A stretch of DNA of 64,000 nt from Spirochaetia bacterium. Its GTDB lineage: Bacteria > Spirochaetota > Spirochaetia > CADAEX01. The position numbers and the translations under genes are program-made. The notes beneath the pieces were generated by a model. The model was not told where the DNA came from, searched no databases, and saw nothing but the letters and a program-made list of their open reading frames with translations. The stretch covers positions 83,726 to 147,725 of the forward strand of contig JAZURI010000010.1 in NCBI GenBank assembly GCA_045606105.1. Direction: 5' to 3'. This document shows positions 57,719 through 64,000 of the stretch, piece after piece (position 1 is the first letter of the stretch; every line of letters begins with the position of its first letter).

Positions 57719-58445
57719 TTTTCCTCCAGTCGGCATTTACGGTAAAGCAGGTCTGTTCTCCGCATTTTCCCGTAAGACGGAACTGTCCGCCGTTTTCGGA
57801 ATATTCCAGATTTACAGTCTCTCCCATGCGGATTTCCTTGTTGTAGCTGACAGAAAGTCCTTCTATGCAGCCTGTACGGAAAAGTTCCAGCGGGATTCTG
57901 TCCGTAAGCCAGTCTATATATCTTGAATTGTTCACATGGCCGTTTATGTCCAGATCCGAATATTTCGGTTCCTGGATGTTGCTGACGATTTCCCCTTCTG
58001 GCAGCTTGATTTTTCCGGGAAGAGCTATGACTGCAGGCCCTTTTTCCGGGGTGTCCACGCTTATACCCTTGGCTGTGGGGGAGACGATGGTTCTTGAATC
58101 TATATCCATGAGAGTCCACAGGGTGGATGCGCTTCCCAGCTGTTCTCCCTTTTCATCTTCAAAAACAAAGAAGCGGGGAAAGAACATTCTTCTTTCCGGC
58201 TCCGGCCAGGTGGTAATCCTGACGGTGGAGATTGATTCGGGATATCTGTTCATCCTGAGAGATGCCTTGATAAGAACCCAGCATACGTTCTTTTCCCGGA
58301 GGGCATCGTATCCTGCCCCCAGTGCCTCTGCGTGGGCTGCTGCCGCCTCCTGCATGGTCAGGAATATGTTTTCCGGCTTCCATAAGCCCCTGAAGTCCAG
58401 TTCGTGGTATGAAAGCTGCTTTGTACAGCTGTAAATCAGATCCAT
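57699..58445 (-). CDS. Acyl-ACP thioesterase
   Basis: [26 protein letters not shown]. Confidence 0.88.
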   Translation of the reverse strand: MDLIYSCTKQLSYHELDFRGLWKPENIFLTMQEAAAAHAEALGAGYDALREKNVCWVLIKASLRMNRYPESISTVRITTWPEPERRMFFPRFFVFEDEKGEQLGSASTLWTLMDIDSRTIVSPTAKGISVDTPEKGPAVIALPGKIKLPEGEIVSNIQEPKYSDLDINGHVNNSRYIDWLTDRIPLELFRTGCIEGLSVSYNKEIRMGETVNLEYSENGGQFRLTGKCGEQTCFTVNADWRKNEPSES

Positions 58446-58511
58446 TTTTACCTCTGGGTCATTATTTCAGTTTTCAGATAATATTTCAATATATTCTAAT
58501 TATCTATCTCA

Positions 58512-58540
58512 TTGACAGAAGGGGCTGTAACTTATAAATT
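58512..58540 (+). promoter_or_regulatory. sigma70 promoter of gatCAB-aspS
   Basis: TTGACA-17 bp-TAAATT, 6 nt before the gatC ATG. Confidence 0.65.
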
Positions 58541-58546
58541 AAAGTG

Positions 58547-58825
58547 ATGCAGAAAGAAGAATTATTTAAGACTGCAAGCCTTGCCAGGCTTGAGCTTACA
58601 GAAAAAGAGGCCGACAATCTCAGTCAGGCCGTTTCTCAGATGATTGAGTATTTTTCCATGATGGAAAAGATAGATGTTGAGGGCATTGACCCTACGGTCC
58701 ACATTTCCGCAGGGAAAAACAGAGTCAGAAAGGATGAGATTGCCGAAAGCACTCTTGCCGATACCATGATTGAAGCATCTCCCGAACACGAGGAGAGATT
58801 CATCACTATTCCTAATGTTCTCTGA
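58547..58825 (+). CDS. gatC: Asp/Glu-tRNA amidotransferase subunit C
   Basis: ASLARL, R.D, F..P.V; directly upstream of gatA. Confidence 0.88.
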   Translation: MQKEELFKTASLARLELTEKEADNLSQAVSQMIEYFSMMEKIDVEGIDPTVHISAGKNRVRKDEIAESTLADTMIEASPEHEERFITIPNVL

Positions 58826-58835
58826 GGGTATGACC

Positions 58836-60221
58836 ATGCTTTGGAACGAAACATTAAAGACCGAAGAAAACAGACAGAAATACAGCCGTTTCGCAACAGA
58901 AAAGGATAAGGATATAAATTCCTTCCTTGAGTTCGATGCCATGAGGAAGTCTGATACCACAGACGGAAAGGGAGAGCTTGCCGGAATGCCTTACGGTGTT
59001 AAGGACAATATTGCCGTAAAGGATTTCAAGCTTACCTGTGCTTCCAGAATACTTGAAAATTTTGTCTCTCCGTACAATGCCACTGCCGTTGAAAAGCTTG
59101 AAAAGGCAGGCTGCGTTCCTGTGGGAAAAACCAATATGGACGAATTCGGAATGGGTTCTTCAACAGACTGTTCCGCTTTCTGCAATACCAACAACCCTTG
59201 GAACAAGGAGTGTGTTCCGGGCGGCTCCAGCGGCGGAAGCGCAGCTGCGGTTGCGGCAGGCCTGGTTCCGTTTGCCCTTGGTTCCGATACAGGCGGTTCC
59301 GTACGCCAGCCGGCAGCATTCTGCGGCGTATACGGTCTCAAGCCTACCTACGGAAGCGTTTCCAGATTCGGTCTGGTGGCTTACGCCTCCTCTCTTGACG
59401 TCATCGGAGTTCTTTCAAGGGATCTGGACCTGACAGAAAAGGTTTTCAACATAATCAAGGGACAGGATGAAAAGGACCAGACCTCCATCGAATATCCCGA
59501 TACTCCTGCAAAGCCGGTAAACGGCAAGCTCAGCTTCACCTATCTGGGGGGCGACCTGGGGCTTACTCCTGAAATCGAGAAAGGATACAAGGCCCTGATC
59601 CAGGCAATCAAGGACAAGGGCTTCGAGGCAAAGGAAGTGGAAATTCCGTCCCTGGAATATGTAATCCCGGTTTACTATACAATTGCCACAGCCGAGGCAA
59701 GTGCCAACCTGGCCCGCTTCAACGGTGTCCGCTACGGTTACAGAAGCACAAAGGGAGAAACTCCTCTTGAGCTCATGCAGAAGTCAAGAAACGAAGGCTT
59801 CGGCGACGAGGTAAAGCTCAGGATTCTTCTGGGAACCTATGTACTAAGATCCGGTTTCCAGGATCAGTACTACGGGAAGGCACAGAAGATCCGTACAAAG
59901 ATCATCAACGATTTCAAAAATATTTTCAGCAGCTCCGATATTCTTGTGATGCCTGCATTCCCATCTCAGGCTTTCCGCCACGGAAGTGCAGATCTCACAC
60001 CTTATCAGCAGAAGGTTGCCGATAAATTTACGGTTACAGCCAACCTGACAGGTCTTCCGGCCCTCAGCATTCCTGTATCCGTGGAAAAGGGACTTCCGGT
60101 GGGAATGCAGCTCTTTGCCAACTACTGCAGCGAGAATCTTCTCTTCGATGCAGCCCGTGAACTGGCAGACGTGTTCCCTGTAAGCAATCCTCCGGAGTTT
60201 GTTCCAGTGGAGGAAATATGA
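58836..60221 (+). CDS. gatA: Asp/Glu-tRNA amidotransferase subunit A
   Basis: VKDNI, GKTNMDEFGMGSS, PGGSSGGS, GSDTGGSVRQPA; start at 58836 or 58830. Confidence 0.95.
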   Translation: MLWNETLKTEENRQKYSRFATEKDKDINSFLEFDAMRKSDTTDGKGELAGMPYGVKDNIAVKDFKLTCASRILENFVSPYNATAVEKLEKAGCVPVGKTNMDEFGMGSSTDCSAFCNTNNPWNKECVPGGSSGGSAAAVAAGLVPFALGSDTGGSVRQPAAFCGVYGLKPTYGSVSRFGLVAYASSLDVIGVLSRDLDLTEKVFNIIKGQDEKDQTSIEYPDTPAKPVNGKLSFTYLGGDLGLTPEIEKGYKALIQAIKDKGFEAKEVEIPSLEYVIPVYYTIATAEASANLARFNGVRYGYRSTKGETPLELMQKSRNEGFGDEVKLRILLGTYVLRSGFQDQYYGKAQKIRTKIINDFKNIFSSSDILVMPAFPSQAFRHGSADLTPYQQKVADKFTVTANLTGLPALSIPVSVEKGLPVGMQLFANYCSENLLFDAARELADVFPVSNPPEFVPVEEI

Positions 60222-61645
60222 AGATAGAAACATTTATCGGACTTGAAATACATATCCAGCTCCTTACCAAGACCAAGATTTTCTGTAACTGCAGGAATGA
60301 GTTCACCCATATTCCGAACTCCCATGTATGTCCTGTATGTATGGGATATCCGGGGGTGCTTCCGGCACTGAACGAGGAGGCTGTGGAAAAGGCATATATC
60401 GTATGCCGAGCCCTTAACTGCCATCTGAACGAAAAGGCAGTTTTCGAAAGAAAGAACTATTTCTATCCCGACCTTCCTAAAAACTACCAGATTTCGCAGT
60501 TTGCCCTCCCGTTCGGAGTGAACGGCTATGCGGAAATGGATTTTGAATCGGGAAGAAGAAAGATAAGGATCCACGAGGCCCATCTTGAAGAGGATGCCGG
60601 CAAGATGATCCACCAGGGAACCACTTCCTACTGCGACTTCAACAGAACCGGTACACCGCTTCTGGAGATTGTAACAGAGCCTGACTTCAAGACAGGGGAG
60701 GAAGCCGAGCTTTTCATGCAGAACTTCCGCAAGATGGTTCGTTATCTCAAGGTGTGCGACGGCAACATGGAAGAGGGCTCAATGCGCTGCGATGTCAATG
60801 TTTCCGTAAACTTCGAGGGTATGGGACTGGGAAGAAAGGTGGAAATAAAGAACCTTAACTCCTTCCGCCATGTAAGACTGGCCCTTCAGCACGAAATACA
60901 GCGTCAGTCCAGGATGCTTACAGCCGGCGAGCATATCGTACAGGAAACACGCCTCTGGAACGACGAGAAAAAGCGCACAGAGAGCATGAGAAGCAAGGAA
61001 GATGCCAACGATTACCGTTACTTCCCTGAACCGGACCTGCCTCCGTACTATCCTTCAAAGGAGTTCCTGGCCGGAATCGAAAAGGCTCAGAAGGAGCTTC
61101 CTTGGATCAGAAAAAGAAGATTTATCGAAGAATATAACCTTCCTGAAGACGGAGCTGAGTTCCTGACAGAGGAAATAGAAAAGGCCGACTTCTTTGAGGC
61201 TTCCCTTAAAGAGGGGCTTTCGGTGGCTGCCGCTTCCTCCTGGATGAGAGGCGAAATGGCCAAGATTCTCAACAAGAACAAGCAGTCTCTTGCGGAAAGT
61301 GCCCTGACAGTGGGAAATTTCGTAAAGCTTATCAAGCTTCTTGAGGAAGGAAAGATCAATGCCCAGTCTGCAAAGACAGTTCTGGGAATCATTATTGGCG
61401 AGGACAGGGATCCGCTGGCTGTGGTTGAGGAAAACAACCTGATGCAGTCCAACGATACCGGAGAACTGGAGGCGCTGGTAGACAAGATCATTGCAGATAA
61501 CGGCAAGGTGGTGGCTCAGATTCAGGGCGGCGACCAGAAACCGTTGGGATTCCTTATCGGCCAGCTCATGAAGGCCAGCGGCGGCAAGGCAGATCCTAAG
61601 ATGGCAAGAGAAATCTTAATCAAAAAAATCTCCCTGCAGGGATGA
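60218..61645 (+). CDS. gatB: Asp/Glu-tRNA amidotransferase subunit B
   Basis: [35 protein letters not shown]. Confidence 0.96.
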   Translation: MKIETFIGLEIHIQLLTKTKIFCNCRNEFTHIPNSHVCPVCMGYPGVLPALNEEAVEKAYIVCRALNCHLNEKAVFERKNYFYPDLPKNYQISQFALPFGVNGYAEMDFESGRRKIRIHEAHLEEDAGKMIHQGTTSYCDFNRTGTPLLEIVTEPDFKTGEEAELFMQNFRKMVRYLKVCDGNMEEGSMRCDVNVSVNFEGMGLGRKVEIKNLNSFRHVRLALQHEIQRQSRMLTAGEHIVQETRLWNDEKKRTESMRSKEDANDYRYFPEPDLPPYYPSKEFLAGIEKAQKELPWIRKRRFIEEYNLPEDGAEFLTEEIEKADFFEASLKEGLSVAAASSWMRGEMAKILNKNKQSLAESALTVGNFVKLIKLLEEGKINAQSAKTVLGIIIGEDRDPLAVVEENNLMQSNDTGELEALVDKIIADNGKVVAQIQGGDQKPLGFLIGQLMKASGGKADPKMAREILIKKISLQG

Positions 61646-61658
61646 TGAGGCGGAATAT

Positions 61659-63449
61659 ATGAGAATTAAAAGAAATTACAGATGCGGTGAGCTTTCCGCA
61701 AAAGATGTGGGAAAAGAGGTATGTATCTGCGGATGGGTAGAGAACTACCGTGACCACGGCGGAATTATTTTTATTGACCTTACAGACAGATGGGGTCTTG
61801 CTCAGATTGTATTTGACCCGGAAGTTTCCGGCAAGGAAATCCACGATCTGGCAGGCGGTCTCAGAAGCCAGTTTGTTGTGGCTGTAAAGGGTGAGGTAAG
61901 ACTCAGACCTGAAGGAATGGCAAATCCTAAGCTGGCAACAGGTGAAATCGAGGTTTACATCAATGATATGGAAATCCTCAATAAATCAAAGACACCACCT
62001 TTTGAAGCACTTCATGCGGAAAAGGTAAACGACGAGACAAGACTCAAATACAGATATATTGACCTCAGGAATCCTTCCATCAGAAACTGTCTTGTGTTCA
62101 GAAGCAACCTTATGCATGCCATCAGGGATTACTTCTTCAAGAACGATTTCGTGGAAGTTGAAACTCCTATCCTCAACAAGTCTACACCGGAAGGGGCAAG
62201 AGACTATCTGGTTCCGAGCCGTGTGAGAGAGGGCTGCTTCTACGCACTTCCTCAGTCTCCTCAGCTTTTCAAGCAGATTCTCATGACTGCAGGCTTTGAC
62301 AGATATATCCAGATTGCAAAATGTTTCAGGGATGAGGACCTGAGAGCCGACAGACAGCCTGAGTTCACACAGGTGGACATGGAAATGTCTTTTGTTTCAC
62401 AGGACGACATCATCAATATCGTGGAAGGGCTTTTCAAGGTTCTCTTCAAGGAATTCTTCGATGTTGACCTCAAGCTTCCTCTCACAAGAATGCCTTATAA
62501 GGAAGCAATGCTGAAGTACGGCTGCGACAAGCCGGATCTCCGTTTCGGACTTGAAATCAACGAGCTTTCAGACATCTTTGCCAATACAGAGTTCTCCGTA
62601 TTCAAGAATACTCTGGCCAAGGGGGGCAAGGTAAGAGGTATCAACCTTAAGGGTGCATGCGACAAGCTCACAAGAAAAGATCTGGATGCCATGACAGACT
62701 TTGTAAAGCCTCTCAGAGGAAAGGGTGTGGCATGGATCAAGATGAATGCCGACGGACCGCAGTCTCCTATCATCAAGTTCTTTACAGAGGACGAGGCCAA
62801 GGCACTTTATGAAAGAATGAATGCCGAAACAGGCGACGTTCTTATCTTTGTTGCAGATACAGAAAAGATTGTATGCAACTGTCTCTCCGAGCTCAGAAAC
62901 TTCTTCGGAAAGAAGCTTGCACTTTATGATGAAAACGAAAAGCATCTTTCATGGATTGTTGATTTCCCTATGTTCGAGCTTGATGACAACGGCAGACTTT
63001 CTGCAGTACACCATCCTTTCACAGCACCTGTGGCAGAGGATATGGACAAGCTTTATTCCGGAGATCTTCTTAATATCAGAACAGATGCATACGATATCGT
63101 ATTCAACGGACACGAGGCCGGCGGCGGAAGTATCAGAATCCACGATCCTGAGGTACAGGCAAAGGTTCTGGAGGTTCTCGGAATTCCTGCAGAGCAGGCA
63201 AAGGAGCAGTTCGGATTCCTTCTGGATGCCCTGGAGCTGGGAACACCGCCTCACGGAGGACTTGCACTGGGTCTGGACCGTCTCGTAATGCTTTTCCTGG
63301 GAACAGATTCCATCAGAGATGTAATTGCATTCCCGAAAACACAGAAGGCAACCTGTATGATGTGCGATACACCGTCAGTTGTTTCCAAGGAGCAGCTTGA
63401 GGAACTTCATATCGAAGTTACCCTTCCACCTGCGGAAGAGACAAAATAA
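61659..63449 (+). CDS. aspS: Aspartate--tRNA(Asp/Asn) ligase, probably non-discriminating
   Basis: [50 protein letters not shown]. Confidence 0.95.
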   Translation: MRIKRNYRCGELSAKDVGKEVCICGWVENYRDHGGIIFIDLTDRWGLAQIVFDPEVSGKEIHDLAGGLRSQFVVAVKGEVRLRPEGMANPKLATGEIEVYINDMEILNKSKTPPFEALHAEKVNDETRLKYRYIDLRNPSIRNCLVFRSNLMHAIRDYFFKNDFVEVETPILNKSTPEGARDYLVPSRVREGCFYALPQSPQLFKQILMTAGFDRYIQIAKCFRDEDLRADRQPEFTQVDMEMSFVSQDDIINIVEGLFKVLFKEFFDVDLKLPLTRMPYKEAMLKYGCDKPDLRFGLEINELSDIFANTEFSVFKNTLAKGGKVRGINLKGACDKLTRKDLDAMTDFVKPLRGKGVAWIKMNADGPQSPIIKFFTEDEAKALYERMNAETGDVLIFVADTEKIVCNCLSELRNFFGKKLALYDENEKHLSWIVDFPMFELDDNGRLSAVHHPFTAPVAEDMDKLYSGDLLNIRTDAYDIVFNGHEAGGGSIRIHDPEVQAKVLEVLGIPAEQAKEQFGFLLDALELGTPPHGGLALGLDRLVMLFLGTDSIRDVIAFPKTQKATCMMCDTPSVVSKEQLEELHIEVTLPPAEETK

Positions 63450-63523
63450 TCAGGGCCTGTAAGGTATCCCGACAGAAGCGGAGTGTCATGCTCCGCTTTT
63501 TTTATTGTCAGCCAGGCCCTGAT
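63449..63523. repeat. 11-bp perfect inverted repeat enclosing the aspS terminator
   Basis: ATCAGGGCCTG (63449-63459) / CAGGCCCTGAT (63513-63523). Confidence 0.7.
63476..63503 (+). terminator. Intrinsic terminator after aspS
   Basis: AAGCGGAG-tgtcatg-CTCCGCTT-TTTTT. Confidence 0.85.
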
Positions 63524-63602
63524 CACTCAATGAAGTTGAAAAATATTTCCTTACATTGAATCAGGTTTGAAAAAACTCCTGTAATCAATGCAAGGAGAAA
63601 AC

Positions 63603-64000
63603 ATGAGTGAAAAAATATACATCCCCCATGACATGAAGCTTCTGGACCCAAAGATTGACAGTACTTTCAAGACCCTCTTCACCCGGTCTGCCCCTGGCTC
63701 GGAAACCGCCCTGAAAGGGCTTGTAAAGGCAGTCACAGGCTACGAACCTGAAGAAATAACCATCCTCAACAGCGAACTTCCAAAGGATATCGCCCATGCC
63801 AAGGATATAAGGCTGGATCTCAGTTGCCGTATGAAGGACGGAAGCCTTATCGACATCGAGATGCAGACCTTCATCGGAAACGACAATCTCCGGCTCAGGT
63901 CCCTATACTACGGCTGCCGCATGGTATCAGCTGCCGAGATGAAGGGGCATTACTACCGCAGGCTTCCCAGGGTATATCAGGTAATGTTCACCAACTTCAG
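63603..64000 (+). CDS. Rpn-family (PD-(D/E)XK) recombination-promoting nuclease/putative transposase, 5' part
   Basis: Not in ORF track; open to the window edge: MSEKIYIPHDMKLLDPKIDSTFKTLF...KDIRLDL...IDIEMQ...RSLYY; AGGAG RBS. Confidence 0.85.
   Translation, partial: MSEKIYIPHDMKLLDPKIDSTFKTLFTRSAPGSETALKGLVKAVTGYEPEEITILNSELPKDIAHAKDIRLDLSCRMKDGSLIDIEMQTFIGNDNLRLRSLYYGCRMVSAAEMKGHYYRRLPRVYQVMFTNF

Noticed and set aside
1-64000. CRISPR array, tRNA, rRNA, integrase, prophage or IS element
   Set aside because: None seen; intergenic gaps are short and no repeat-spacer periodicity or canonical tRNA motifs were found by eye

Overview
Origin-spanning 64 kb of a bacterial chromosome, most likely a spirochaete (gyrB divergent from dnaA; parA-parB upstream of gyrA; Spirochaetales-style signal peptides). 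Left of oriC, mostly minus strand: a surface-polysaccharide locus (IspD/TarI-like, Wzx, GT2, rmlDC, wzt-wzm, rmlBA, wHTH regulator), then metK-ahcY, wecA, rbgA, two EamA paralogs, glnS, parB-parA, nifU, a perfect parS and gyrA-gyrB. Centre: a bipartite oriC flanking dnaA. Right: dnaN-recF-dciA-rpmH-rnpA-yidD-yidC-jag, a TIM-barrel plus orphan SBP pair, carD, purFMNDE, rlmB/PC4, gdhA, an 11-kb minus-strand mreBCD-mrdA-rodA-radical SAM-metY-metA-yhcC run, mscL, dat-ddc-WYL, folE, a thioesterase, gatCAB-aspS and the start of an Rpn nuclease. Best candidate for an undescribed system: the diaminopropane-forming dat-ddc pair, preceded by a ~100-nt multi-hairpin 5' leader (riboswitch-like) and translationally coupled to a WYL regulator. 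Also notable: a Wzt made of two complete ABC ATPase domains in one chain, and several apparently leaderless genes. All calls are by eye from sequence motifs; no searches were run.
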